Below are positions 1 to 13,410 of a DNA stretch of 64,000 nucleotides, piece after piece. A program made the position numbers and the translations under genes. The first letter of the stretch is position 1. Every line of letters starts with the position of its first letter. The notes under the pieces were generated by a model. The model saw only the letters and a program-made list of their open reading frames with translations. It had not been told where the DNA came from and did not search any database. This stretch comes from Cyanophora paradoxa CCMP329 (taxonomy: Eukaryota; Plantae; Glaucophyta), in assembly GCA_004431415.1 (NCBI GenBank), contig QPMI01000235.1:11863-75862 (forward strand), given 5' to 3'.

Positions 1-2503
1 TCCATAGTGTGCCGGCTGTAGCGGGAGTGCGGGGAGTGCGGGAGCGGCGGCGAGTGCCGGGCAGCACCAACCAACCAGTGTCAGGATGAAAGCCTGGCCT
101 CGTGCCTTGGTTGAAAGTATTGTGAGATTGCACGCAAGTGCGCCGGGCTTGCAATTGAGCGTGCCCGGCGCCGGCGTGCCCCGCCGTGCCGATCGGAGGG
201 GCCTGAGGTCGGGGAGGCTGTACCCCCCAGCAGGAGCTGTTTGGGGGGTCGACGTCGCCCGGGTTGCGGATCCGGACGTCGACGTCGACAATTGCAAAGG
301 ACCGAGGAGTACTAAATTAAACGCACTTGCGGAGAGCTTTAGAAAAGCAGTCGTCCGCTGTATACGTACATCGGAACATGTACATCGGAACATCGGGCTC
401 TACACCCTCACCCTCGAGCTCCCCCGGAGCGCCCGCACATCATGGCATGTACAGCGTGTCCGGGTCGCTCCCGGCGCGCCGCCGCCGCGCGCCCTCGATC
501 TCCGGCTGCGGCTGCGCCTGCGTCTGCGGCTGGGGGTCGACGTCCGGATCCCCCTCGCCGAGGCGGCGGAGGGGCCCGGCGGCAGCTCCCGGAGTCCGCC
601 GCGAGCGCCGCGGGCCGCGGGGGATCGGGGCGGGGCAGCGGGGGCAGGTCCGGCCCGGAGCCGGCGGGAGCGAGCAGGCCCTCAGCGGGCGGTAGAGCTC
701 CGGGCGAGCACGCAGCCGCAGCCGCAGCCGCAGCCGCAGTCGCCGGGCCCGGGCCCGCCGGCGCCCATGGCCAGCGCCCCGCCCCGGGCGCCTCCGCCCC
801 GGGTCCGTCAAGAAGGAGTCGTGGGGCAGGGCGACGAGGCAGAGCGGCGGCGGGCCGGCGTCGACCGAGGCTCGCGGAGGGCCATGGGCGACGGGGCGCC
901 GCGGGGCGCGAGCGCGGGAGAGGAGACGGAGGCGCGACGCGGCCGCTTGGCCCACGCCGCGTGGGCAGGCGCCGTGATCGCTCGGTACAGGCCGCCCTCG
1001 CCCTCGCCGCCGGCGCCGCGCGCGCCCGCGCCGGGCGTCCCGGCGGCCGCGAACGCGCGCGCCGGGACGGGCGCGTTCCTCGCGAGGTTCCAGCGCCGCA
1101 TCTGAGGGGCGGGGTCAGGTCCAAGCGGAGCGGGATTGGGCCCAATCGCACCGCCTCGGCCTGCGCGAGGAGCTCCTCGGGGGCCGCCCGCCGCGCCAGG
1201 ATGCGCAGATCGTTGTCCCTGCGCCGCTCCCTGCGCATGCGAGCGAAGGTCCGAGGGCGCGGGTGAGGCTCGGCGCGCGCGCGCGCGGAGGCCGGGGCAG
1301 GAACCGCACCGGCGCATCTCGCGCTCGGTGAGGCCTCCGGCCGGCCGGCGCCCGCGCCGCCCCGCGAGGGCCCTCAGCATCCGCCACGTCACCGCGCCTT
1401 CTCACTGAGATCTAGAGCGCTAGCTCGAGCCGGCTCGTGATCAGCTGTCGTCTCTAGGTCGATGAGGCTGCTTGTCAGCCGCCCGCTTCTCTCGGCTGGT
1501 CCTCAGCTCGTCCTTTCCATCGCGCAGCTCGTCGGCATCTCCAGCTGCGGCTGCACTGTGCATTTCTCTCTAGCAGACCAGCCTGCGCCCGGGCGATAAG
1601 CCCTGCGGCGCGCCCGTCAGAGCGGAGAAGCGTGCGCCGCGGGCCCGGGGCGTGGGAGGGGCCGCGCACCTCCGTGGGGGCCTGACGTAGCGCTCGACGG
1701 ACGAGACGGCCGCTCGACGGCCCGGCCCGGGGCGCGGTCCAGCAGGCGGACGAGGCGCTCCAGCGCGCTCGCCTCGAGCTCCCGCCCGACGAAGCCCGCC
1801 AGCCTCCGGTCCACCCCCGAGCCGGGGCCCTCCCCCAGGAACGCCTCGCTGCGCCCGCCGGCGTCGCGAGCTAGCGCTCGAGGTCAGCGCTAGCTATCAG
1901 CACGCAGCCACCTCAGCTGCAGCAGCAATCCAAGCCGCGGAGAGCAGAGAGCTTGAGAGGGCTCACGGCGTTTCGGAAGCGCGAGAGGGGCAGCAGCTCG
2001 TCGGCAACCGCCTTCCGGTTTCCACCTCTTGCACATGTACACCAGCCTGCGCCCGGGCGGGAGCGACGAGGCGTGAGCGATCGAGCACCTTGACAGGCCG
2101 AATGGGCGCAGGGCGGCGCGCCGAGCTCTATTGCGCGCACCGGGCAGGGACGAGGGTCTGCGAGAGCTCGATCGCGAGCAGGATCCCGGAGGCAGCGGAG
2201 CACTTGCCGGAGGATCTCGTCGGGCAGGCAGCTGATCATGAAAGGCGCCCCTCCGGACGCCGCTGCAGACCCCGAGGAAGCCGCGCTCCATGCGCCCGCC
2301 GGCGTCGGGCCGAACGACGCGCCGTGCATCGCGGCGCGCCGCTTCTGCGCAGCTAGAGTCGCAGCGCCGGATCCTCTGCTGGCTGCGCCGCTGTGGCAGC
2401 TGCTAGCGCTGTCGCCCGTTGGCGGTTACTCTCGCCGGCCGGGCTCGACTCCGGCCGGGCCGATCGAGCGTCGTACCCGGCGGCTGCGGCGAAATTCGGG
2501 CGA

Positions 2504-4429
2504 ATGGCGGCGAGGGAGCGGCCTTCGAAGCGCGCGAAGGCGGAGCTTGAAGACGGTGCGAACGGCGTGTACCGCACGCGTACGCGCATTTCGCCCGCGG
2601 ACGTGCCAACTTTAAATTTCGCCCACAGCAGTATCACCGCCATGGCCACCGGCAGCTTCGAATTCGAATGCTCCGGAGCCGGAGGCAATCGGGCTCTCGC
2701 TCGAGCGTCTGCCGGGCGACTTGCTGTCGAGGTGCCGGGCAACAACCTCGATTCTTCCATCCGCGCGCTGCGCTCGAGCTCACGGTTTTCGCAGGATCTT
2801 GCAGCTCCTGCCGCTGAAGGAGGCGTTCCGAGTGCGGGAGGTGAGCCGAGCGATCCGCGACGCCGTTGAGGGCACCGCCTTCGACGGCGCGAAGCTGGAC
2901 CTGGACGCCATGCGGACGGAAGAGCTCGAAGGACTCGAGCGGCTCGTGCGCGAGGGACGGCTCAAGGGCAGCGAGCTCCACATCAGCGTCAAAAGCGAGT
3001 GGGCGCCCTCCAGTCTCGGCGAGCAGCCGCACCGCCTCATCGCGGCCCTCGCGGGGCGCTGCAGGAGTGTGCGCGTAAAGTTCGCACACTCCGTAGAGAA
3101 CATCGTCGGTCAGCGCGTCGCCGAAGTGGTCGCCGCGCTGGCGCCGGGCGGGGCGGCCAGCCCGCTGCAGGAGCTCGCGATCGAGCTGCTCAGCAAGCAA
3201 GCGTTCTACAACCCGCGAGACGCTCTGGAGATACCGGTGGAACTCCTGGCGCCGCTCGCCGGGCTGCGGACCCTCCTGCTGCCCGATCTGCCGCTGAGCG
3301 TCGGCACGGCGGCAGGCATCGCGGCCCGCCTCCCCGCGCTGCGCTGCCTTCAGTTCTTCTACGGAAAAGATCAGCGCGGAGCCCTCAAGCGGCTTGGGCC
3401 CCTCTGCTTGGAGCGGCTCGTCTTACACACAGCTCCCCGCCCGGTGGGTGCCCTTTACTTTCCGAGAGAGAGAAAGCTCTTGACTTGAGTTATCGATACA
3501 GGGCGACGACTTCTGCGTGCGGCTCGGCGAGCTCTCCGGTACCCCCCTGGGGCGCTCCCTCCGCGAACTTCACGTCGAGTGCGTGGGCCGCCGGACCCCC
3601 CCCCCCCCCCCCCCCACCTCCCTCCCTCCATTCCAACCTCTTGGGCAGGGAGATGGTAGCATACACACACGGTTTCACGAGCTTGTCCTTTTCCGCGGAC
3701 GACCTTGGCGCGCTCGCCGGCATGCCGCAGCTCGAGGCCGTCACGGGCTACGTGCGCCCGTACCCCCGCGGCGATGTCGCAGCCCGCGACCTCTGAGCGG
3801 CCCCCGCGCAGGTTGGTCTCATGAAAGACCTCGATGGGGCGGTGAGCCGCGGGCTGCAGAGCCTGTTGCGGGCCCCGCGCCTCTCCGTCCTGCAGCTGTC
3901 CCTCGAGGGCCCCGGTCCGACTATCACCTTCGAATTCAACGCAGCCCCCGCGGGGGCTCTCGCCGCTGCCTTCTTAGGCCGCGATTCTTCCACTACTTTC
4001 AGCGCCGCCCTCGCCGCCGCCCTCGCCGCCGGCCCGCTGCACTCCCGCCTGGCCCTCGACCTCCGAGTCTCCTGCAGCTGGCGCGTCTTGGAACAGATCG
4101 TCAACGCAGGAGCCGGCCCCATCCTCCGCGGCGTCGACGTCAACTGGGTCTCGCCGCATGCCGACCGCGCAGGTAGTGTTTCGGCGGCCCTCCTCCGCTG
4201 CACCCGCCTCGAGAGCCTCTTCCTCTGCGCCGAAGTCATTAGCGAGGGCGAGTTGTCGGCCCTCGCCGCCGGCCTCGCCCCGCTCGCGGCCCTCCCGCCC
4301 CTCCCCGGCGGCCTCCGCTTCGAGGTCTTATTGCTGGACAAAAAGCTCGCCGCGGAGGCGAACGCGTCCCTTTCCGCCGCCCTCCCCGCCGCCGCACTTT
4401 TTGTTCGCCGTGCAGGCACCTTTTCATAA
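2504..4429 (+). CDS. F-box/LRR-like protein, copy 1 (multi-exon)
   Basis: Spliced F-box-like motif (LERLPGDLLSR|ILQLLPLKEAFRVREVSRAIRDAV), Leu-rich LxxLxL segments, GT-AG introns at positions shared with the paralogs. Exon boundaries inferred. Confidence 0.72.
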
Positions 4430-4689
4430 TATCGTTGTAGGTCTCTCAAAGTCTGATAAGATTTTGCATACGTGCCAGACAGGGTCATACAACTGCACAC
4501 AGTCCCCCGGTCCGCGTCTACCGGATACCGGCCATGGGATGCCAGGGGCAGGGCCCGGGGGAGGAGGGAGGGAGTACAGGGTCGTACTAGCGGGGCGAGG
4601 CAGCGGCGGGCGAGGGGGCAAGGCGGGGGGTACCCGGGCGAGTGGGGGGGAGGGGGGGGCGAGTGGGGGAGGAACGGGGCGAGGCGGGG

Positions 4690-6163
4690 GGTACCTCCAG
4701 CTCCGGGAGGGGTACGCGCTCGGGTGCGGGGTCGGAGGAGAGGGACCGGAGGCGGGACGGGAGGGAGGCGCGGCGGTTGGCGCGGGGCGGCGGCCCGGCG
4801 CCGGTCTCCCCGCGCCTTGCCAGCTCGATCCCGGCCTCCGGCGCGGCCGGCACCAGCCGCGGTACCGCTCCGGCGCGGCAGGCCACGAACGCGCGCGCCG
4901 CCCGTCGGTGAGGCGGTAGCTGCAGCTACACAGCGGAAGCCGCGGCGTACCCCTCCAGCACCCCCGCGTACGCGATCACCTGCCCCCGGGGCGGCGGGAC
5001 GGGCCCCAAGCACCTTGAGCAGCTCGCCGCGGGGCACGACGGTGGCGACGATGGCGCGCTGCTCGGCGGTGAGGCCCGCCGGGTCCGCCCCTCCGCCCGC
5101 CCGCGCCCCCTGCTCCGCCTCGAGGACTCGCACCGCCTCCAGCAGGGCGTGCGCTGCCGGCGCCGTCGGCCGCGGGCCCCGAGCGGCGGTGGGCGGGCGG
5201 TGCGGGCGGCATCTGCAGCTGCAGCTGCACTGCGGCATTTCTCTCTAGCTGGCGAACCAGCCTGCGCCCGGGCGATTAGCCCTGCGGCGCGCCCGTCGGA
5301 TCGGAGAAGCGTGCGGGGCCGCGCACCCCGCGGCGGCGTGGCGTAGCGCTCGATGGCCGCGAGGAGCTGCAGCGCGTCGCCGGTGCGCCCGCAGAAGAGG
5401 CCGAGCGACGCGCACTCGCCGGGGCGGCCCCGCGAGCCCCCGGCGGGCCGCCCCAGCGCCCAGGCGGCCGCCCGCGCGGCCTCTCGCCGCCTCGCCGCGT
5501 TCTCGTCGCGCCCGCCCGCAGCCGAGCCCGCGATGCGCGCCTAAGAAGGAGGCGCTCCGGCACGGCCCAGCCCGGGGCGCGGTCCAGCAGGCGGACGAGG
5601 CGCTCCAGCGTGTTTGCCTCCCGCTCGACGAGGCCCGCCAGCCTCCGGTCCACCCCCGAGCCGGGGCCCTCCGCCAGGAACGCCTCCAGCTCCGCCATGG
5701 CCAGCCGGCGGCGCGTGTCAGCGCTAGCTAATAGCACGCAGCCACCGCAGCGATCTGAGGCGCGGATCCGGAGAGCAGAAAGCTTGAGAGGGCTCACGGC
5801 GTTGCGGAAGCGCGAGAGGGGCAGCAGCTCGTCGGCAACCACTTTAAATTTCCACCTCTTGCACACCATGGCCAGCCTGCGCCCGGGCGGGGAGCGCGGG
5901 ACGAGGCGCCCGGCGTGAGCGATCGAACTCCATGACAGGCTGAACGGGCGCGCGCGCGCGCCGAGCGCCAGTACGCACCGGTCCGGGACGAGGCTCTGGG
6001 AGAGCAGGAGGCAGCGGATCCGGAGCACTTGCCGCCGGAGGATCTCGTCGGGCAGGCAGCCGATCATGAAAGGCGATTCTCCGGACGCCGCTGCAGGCCC
6101 GGAGCGAGCCGCGCTCCATGCGCCGGCCGGCGCTGGGCCGAACGACGTCGACGCGCCGTGCAT
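4690..6163 (-). pseudogene. Decayed F-box + UvrD-helicase (FBH1-like) gene remnant; sister remnants at ~640-2330, 8500-9550 and 11880-13272
   Basis: F-box MIGCLPDEILRxVL...VCKRWKxVADELL, then LTAEQRAIV...GELLK|VIAYAG (UvrD Q motif and lead-in to Walker A, with GKT missing). Many frameshifts. Confidence 0.6.
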
Positions 6164-6358
6164 GCGGCCCGCGGCGCGCCGCTTCTGCGCAGCTAGAGAC
6201 GCAGCACCGACCCTCGAGCTCTGCTGGCTGCGCCGCTGTGGCAGCTGCTAGCGCTTTCGCCCGTTGGTGACTGCGCTCGCTGGCCGGGCCCGGCTCGTCT
6301 CCGGCGGGGCCCGTTCCGATCGAGCGTCGTACCCGGCGACCGCGGCGAAATTGGGCGA

Positions 6359-8187
6359 ATGGCAAGCTCGGAGCTGCTTTCGAAGCGAGCGAGGGCAGAG
6401 CTCGAAGACTGTGCGAGCTTTGAGTCGCGCACGCGTACGTGCACGCGCCCGTGCTGCCGCTCGCAATCAGACTCGCTGCGCCCACTCGCTTCCAGATGCC
6501 CACGAAGAAGCAGATGTCCAGGAAGCACCCACGACCTCGCTCGAGCGTTTGCCTGGCGACCTGCTGTCGAGGTGCCAAGCAACAACACCGATTCTAGATC
6601 TTCCGGTCCATCCGCGCTGCGCTCGAGCTCACGGGCCGCGCAGGATCTTGCAGCTCCTGCCGCTGAAGGAGGCGTTCCGAGTGCGAAAGGTGAGCCGAGC
6701 GCTCCGCGACGCCGTCGAGGGCACCGCCTTCGACGGCGCGAAGCTGGACCTGGATGCCATGTGGACGTGCACGGAGAAGCTCGACATACTGGAGGAGCTG
6801 GTTCGCGACGGGCGGCTCAAGGGCAGCGATCTCAGCGTCAGCATTATGCGCGAATGGAAGCCTTCCAGCATCGGCGCGCAGCCGCTCCGCCTCGTCGCGG
6901 CCCTCGCGGGGCGCTGCAGGAGCGTGCGCATCATAGTCAACTCCTCCCAGCTGCAGCACTCCGGAGAGCACATCTTCAGTCAGCGCGTCGCCCACGTGCT
7001 CGGCGCGCTGGCGCCGGGCGGGGCGGCCAGCCCGCTGCAGGAGCTCGAGCTACTCAGCACCGAGTACGAGTTGTGCAACCGACGAGCAGTCCTGGAGATA
7101 CCCGCGGGGCTCCTGGCGCCGTTCGCCGGGCTGCGGACCCTCCTGCTGCCCGATCTGCCCCTGAGCGTCGGCACGGCGGCAGCCATAGCGGCCCGTCTTC
7201 CAGCGCTGCGCTGCCTTCAGTTTTTCTACAGGAAAGAGCAGCGCGGAGTCCTCAGGCCGCTGGCGCCCCTCTGCTTGGAGCGGCTCATCTTACACACAGC
7301 TCCCCGCCAGGTGGGTAACCTCTTGACCTCTGGAGAATTTTTCGTTAATTCGATTTTACAGGGCGACAACCCCGGCTTGCGCCTGGACGAGCTCTCCGGT
7401 ACCCCCCTGGGGCGCTCCCTCCGCAAGCTCCACGTCGAGTGCGCGTGTCTCCGTACCCCCGTTCCCTTCCCTTCTCATTCCGACCGCTTGGGCAGGGAGG
7501 TGGAAGCATCACACAGTCACACCTCGTCCTTTTCCGCTGACGACCTGCACACGCTGGCCGGCATGCCGGAGCTCGAGGCCGTCACGGGCTACGTGCGCCC
7601 GTCCCCCCCGCGGCGATGTCGCAGCCCGCGATCTCTGAGCGGCCCCCGCGCAGGTTTGTCTTAAGGAAGACATCGGTGGGGCGGTCAGCCGTGGGCTAGA
7701 AAACTTGCTGCGGGCCCCGCGCCTCTCCGTTCTGCAGCTGGCCCTGGTAGGCCACGATTCGACCGCGGCTCTCAACGCGGCCCTTGTCGCCGCCCTCGCC
7801 GCTGGCCCGCTGCCTTCCCGCCTGGCCCTCGACGTCCGAGTCTTCTGGATCGACTTGAAACGGATCGTCAACGCAGGAGCCGGACCCATTCTGCGCTGCG
7901 TGGACGTCGACTTGCACGACTTCGACGCCAATGTGTGCGCCGACGTGTTCGCGGCCCTCCTCCGCTGCCCCCGCCTCGAGGGCCTCGTCATCCGCGCCTT
8001 AGTCCGCGGCGTGGAGGACGCCGCGCGCTTTGCCGCCGGCCTCGCGCCGCTCGCGGCCCTCCCGCCCCTCCCCGGCGGCCTCCGCCTCGAGGTCGTCGGG
8101 CGCGAGGGAGTGGCGGCGCGGGCGCGGGCGGCCCTCTCCTCCGCCCTCCGGATCCCCGCAGCGGCCCTCGCGATCGGCTTCGGTTAG
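6359..8187 (+). CDS. F-box/LRR-like protein, copy 2 (multi-exon)
   Basis: Paralog of copy 1: TSLERLPGDLLSR...RILQLLPLKEAFRVRKVSRALRDAV, ending ALAIGFG*. Confidence 0.72.
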
Positions 8188-9727
8188 ACGGGCCTTGGGC
8201 TCAGCTAGCGCTCAGATCGGTTCGATATCTGAAATCTGCTCAGCGTCCGCCGCTGCATGCGCCGCTGACCATGGGGTCGAGCCATGGCCCCGACTTATTG
8301 TACTTCGGTTACCCACGTGCACATTGAATATTCGACTTGTACCCTTTTCCTGATACTATGATACTTGGCTGCTATGTGGCCACTGGCCATGGCGCAGCTG
8401 GTTGACGTTGAATGAGAAAATCACAAAAGAGATATCGATATGCATATGTCGAGCGCGAGGCTGAGGCCTCGGCTCGAGCGGGGCGGGGCGGGGCGGGGCG
8501 GCGGGTCCCAGGCACCTTGAGGAGCTTGCCGCGGGGGACGCGTACGACGGTGGCGACGATGGCGCGCTGCTCGGCGGTGAGGCCCTCGGGGTCCGCCCCC
8601 TCCGCCCCCTCCGCCCCCTCCGCCCGCCCCGCGCCGCCCCGTCGGATCGGAGAGGCGTGCGGGGCGGGCCCGGGGCGTGGGAGGGGCCGCGCACCCCCGC
8701 GGCGGGCCTGGCGTGGTCCTCAATGGCCGCGAGGAGCTGCTTCGCGTCGCCGACGCGCCCGCAGAAGAGGCCGAGCGCTGCGCACTCGCCGGGGCGGCCC
8801 CGCGAGCCCCGGCGGGCCGCCCCAGCACCCAGGTGGCGACCGCCCGCGCGGCCTCTCGCCGCCTCGCCGCCGCCGCCGCCTCGTCGCCCCCGCCTGCGGC
8901 CGAGCCCCGGGCCCGCGAGGCGCGCCTCGAAGTCGGGCAGGAGGCGCTCCGGTCCGGCACGGCCCAGCCCGGGGCGCGGTACCGGTCCAGCAGGCGGACG
9001 AGGCGCTCCAGCGCGCCCGCCTCCCGCTCGACAAGGCCCGTCAGCCTCCGGTCCACTCCACCTCCAGGAACGCCTCCAGCTGCGCCCGCCGGCGGCGCGC
9101 GCTAGCTGGCGGCGCGCAAGGTCCGCGGCCGCAGCTGCGATCCGAGGCGCGGGGAGCAGAGAGCTTAAGAGGGCTCACAGTCGACGTCGGCACGTCGACT
9201 CGGCGTTGCGGAAGCGCGAGAGGGGCAGCAGCTCGTCGGCAACCGCCTTCCACCTCTTCCACACCAGCCTGCGCCCGGGCGGCGAGCGCGGGACGAGGCG
9301 TGAGCGACCGAACACCGTGACAGGCTCAATGGACGCAGGGCGGCGCGCCGAGCGCCAGTACACACCGGGCCGGGGCGAGGGTCTGGGAGAGCAGGAGCTC
9401 GAGGCAGCGGAGCACTTGCCGGAGGATCTCGAGCTCTTCGGAAAGGCAGCTGATCATGAAAGGCGCCCCTCCGGACGCCGCTGCAGGCCCCGAGAGAGCC
9501 GCGCTCCATGCGCCGACCGACGCCGAGCCGAACGACGCGCCGTGCATCGCGGCGTGCCGCTTCTGCGCAGCTAGAGACGCAGCGCCGGATCCTCTGCTGG
9601 CTGCACCGCAGTGGCAGCTGCTAGCGCTTTTGCCCGTTGGTGCCTACTCTCGCCTGCCGGGCTCGACTCCGGCGTGGCCCGTTCCAGCTTGAACGTTGTA
9701 CCCGGCGACTGCGGCGAAATTGGGGCA

Positions 9728-11671
9728 ATGGCGCGCTCGCGGCCGTCGAAGCGCGCGAGGAAGGAGCTTGCAGACGGTGCGGGCGTCCTGTCACGCATGC
9801 GCACATGCCTGTATTGCCCCTCGAAATCTGAGTCGCCCAACCGACCGCAGGGCCGTCAACCGCAGCACCAGACCGTCAAGCAGCTACTCTCCCTCGAGCA
9901 ATCTCCTTCTCTCGAGCAATCTCCCTCGAGCAGCTGCCCGGTGATCTGCTGTCAAGGTGCCGAGCGCCAACGTCCGCTCTCGACTCGGCCGCAGTCTCGG
10001 CGAGCTCACGCGCCGCGCAGGATCTTGCAGCTCCTGTCGCTGAAGGAGGCGTTCCGAGTGCGGGGGGTGAGCCGTGCGATCCGCGACGCAGTCGAGGGAA
10101 CCGCCTTCGACGTCGACGCGGCAAGCTGGACGTGCTGTGTCGGGCAGGGGAGCAGTGGGGCGTGGCGCTCGACAGCTTGGAGCGGCTAGTGCGCGGCGGC
10201 CGTCTCAAGGGCAGCGGGCTCAGCGTCAGCGTCGAGTGTTCGGAAAAGCTCGAGCTCTCCAGCCTCGGCGCGCAGCCGGTGGCTCTGCTCGCGGCGCTGG
10301 CGGGGCGCTGCAGGAGCGTGCGCGTTAAATTCAACTTTTTGAATCCACCCGAGCTCGTCTTGCGGTGGCACGTCGTCGACGTGCTCGACGCGCTGGCGCC
10401 GGGCGGGGCGGCCGGGCCGCTGCAGGAGCTCGAGCTGCTTAGCACCGGCGACATCGGGTCCTCCCTCCCGGAACTTGAATCTCCTTCGATCCTTGACTTG
10501 CCGGAGGAGTGCCTGGCGCCGTTCGCCGGGCTGCAGACCCTCCGCCTGGCGCCCGATCTGCCCCTGAGCGCCGGCACGGCGGCAGCCATCGCGGCCCGCC
10601 TCCCCGCGCTGCGCTGCCTTCAGCTGCGCTACGACCAGTTCCTCTCCGGAGTGCTCGCGGAGCTCGGGCCCCTCCGCCTAGAGCGGCTCGTCCTGTGCCC
10701 CGGCCCCGACAGTCGCCGTGCCGGCTCCCGCATGGTGGGTACTCCCAACTCTCCGCCGCGGCTAGTGCTCCGCAGATTCCCCCTGATCCTTTTTGTAATT
10801 CAGAACATCTGCCGCAATTTACGCCTGGAAGAGATCGCCGGTACCCCCCTCGGGCGCTCCCTCCGCGAGCTCCACTTCGAGTGCGCTGCCGTACCCCCGT
10901 CGAGCTTCGATGCAGCTCAGACGAGGCTCGGCAGGGATCTGGCGGAGCCCCTCAGGCGCCGGTCCATGTTCCCGTTTAGGCAAGTCATCCCGGGGGGCGA
11001 CCTTCGCGCGCTCGCGGGCATGCCGCAGCTCGAGTCCGTCACTGGCTTCCCTTGCGTGCGTCTCTGAGCCTTTCGCCCGGCCCTTCCGTCCTTCTGAGTC
11101 TTGCGCCCACCGCCCGCAGCTCTACGTCGCCCCTTACGATGATCACGAGCTCGGGCTCCTGCTGCGGGCCCCGCGCCTCGCCTCCCTCCAGCTGGACGCC
11201 CCAGACCTAACGTGGAAGGCCCTCACCAACGCCCTCGCCGCCGGCCCGCTGCCCCCCCGCCTGGCCCTCGACCTTCGCTCAGCATCGGCGGAGGTCCTCA
11301 CCGCCGCCAGCCCCGTCCTGCGCACCCTCGAGCTGGGCCTCCCGGACCGCGGGCCAACGGCCGAAGTGCGCGCGGCCCTCCTCCGCTGCACCCGCCTCGA
11401 GAGCCTCCTCCTCCGCGCCCAAGTCGTGTCCGAGAGCGAGTTGTCGGACCTCGCCGCCGGCCTCGCCCCGCTCGCGGCCCTCCCGCCCCTCCCCGGCGGC
11501 CTCCGCCTCGAGGTCCGAATGTGGGCTCTGCGTCACGAGGAGCTCGCGGCGCGGGCGAACGGGCCCATCTCCGCCGCCCTCTTGGCGGGCTTGGCGTCCC
11601 CGACGCAGGCAATGGAGTCCCTCTCCGCCGCTCTCCCCGCCGCCGCGATTCAAATCCGTTTCGAGGGCTAA
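9728..11671 (+). pseudogene. F-box/LRR-like protein, copy 3, frameshifted near 10109-10122
   Basis: The frame switches between ORFs 9611..10189 and 10132..11067 at a GAC-GTC-GAC insertion (net +5 nt relative to the paralogs). Confidence 0.62.
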
Positions 11672-13410
11672 TTACTAAGAGTTCCAGTCCCCGCTTTGCG
11701 CCTACCGGATACTGGGATGCCGACAAGAGGAGATAGATCTAGATGATCCATGATCATAAGGCTGGCAGCAGGGGGGCCGCGCGGCCCGCCGCCGCCGTCG
11801 GGCCGCGGGGGACTCGGAGTACGGGGTACGAGGCGGGCGATGGGGGGAGGAATGGGGGAGGGGAGGGACCTCCAGCTCCGGGAGGGCCCCGGACAAGCGG
11901 AACGCTCGGGAGGGAGCCGGGGCGGGAGGGCGGCGGGCGCGGGGGCGTCGCGGGGCGCGAGCGCGGGGGAGGAGACGGAGGCGCGCCGCGGCCGCTCGGC
12001 CCACGCCGCGCGGACGGGCGCCGCGATCGCTCGGTACAGGCTGCACCCGCCCTCGCCGCCGCCGCTACCGCCGCCGCCGCCGCCGCGCCGGGCGTCCCCG
12101 GCGGCCGCGAACGCGCGCGCCGCGCCGCTCGCGTTCCTCGCGAGGTTCCAGCGCCGCACCTGAGGGGCGGGGTCGGGTCCAAACGGAGCGAAATCGTGCC
12201 CGGCCGCACCGTCTCGGCCTGCGCGAGGGGCTCCTCGGGGGCCGCCCGCCGCGCGAGGATGCGCAGGTCGTTGTCCCGGCGCCGCTCCCTGCGAGAAGGG
12301 TCGGCGAGCGCGCGCGCGGAGGCCGGGGCGGGGTCCGCACCGGCGCATCTCGCGCTCGGTGAGGCCCCCGGCCGGCCCGCGCCGCCCCGCGAGGGCCCTC
12401 AGCATCCGCCCCGTCACCGCGCCGTCTCACTGAGATCTAGAGCGCTAGCTCGAGCCGGCTCATAATCAGCTGTCGTCTCTAGGTCGATGAAGCTGCTTGT
12501 CAGCCGCCCGCTTCTCTCGCCTGTTCCTCAGCTCGTCCTGTCCATCGCGCAGCTCGTCGGCATCTCCAGCTGCGGCTGCACTGTGGCATTTATCGGGCGG
12601 GGCGGGCGGGCGGGGGGCGGGCGGGCGGGCGGGCGGGCCTGTTGTAGCATATGTATACGTATACGTAGAGGAAGCGCTGCCCGGGGCGGGCGCGGCGTTC
12701 TCCTCGAGCACCCGCGTCTTCCGCTCGCCGCCGCTCCCTGCGAACGAACAATGGCGCGCGGAGGCCGGGGCAAGGGCCGCACCGGCGGACCTCGCGCTCG
12801 GTGAGGCCGCGCTAGCGCTGAGGCGGCAAGGACCTCGGCCGCAGCAGCGATCCGAGGCGCGGAGAGGGGTAGCTTGAGAGGGCTCGCGGCGTTGCGGAAG
12901 CGCGAGACGGGCGCGGCAGCAGCTCGTCGGCAACCGGTACGTATACCGGTACCGCGGCCGCCTTCCACCGGTACCTCTTGCACACCAGCCTGCGCCCGGG
13001 CGGGGAGCGCGGGACGAGGCGTGAGCGATCGAACACCATGACAGGTCGAATGGGCGCAAGGCGGCGCGCCGAGCGCAATCGCGCGCACCGCGCCGGGACG
13101 TCGACGAGGGTCTGGGCCGGATCCGGAGGAGGAGGCAGCGGAGCACTTGCCGGAGGATCTCGTCGGGCAGGCAGCCGATCATGAAAGGCGCGCCTCCGGA
13201 CCCCGCTGCAGACCCCGAGGGAGCCGCGCTCCATGCGCCGACCGTCGCCGAGACGAACGACGCGCCGTGCATTGGGGCGCGCCGCTTCTGCGCAGCTGTA
13301 GCAGCTGCTAGCTATAGCGCTTTCGCCCGTTGGTGGCTACCCTCGCCTGCACCGGGCTCGACTCCGGCGGGGCCCGTTCGATCGAGCGTCGTACCCGGCG
13401 ACTGCGGCGA

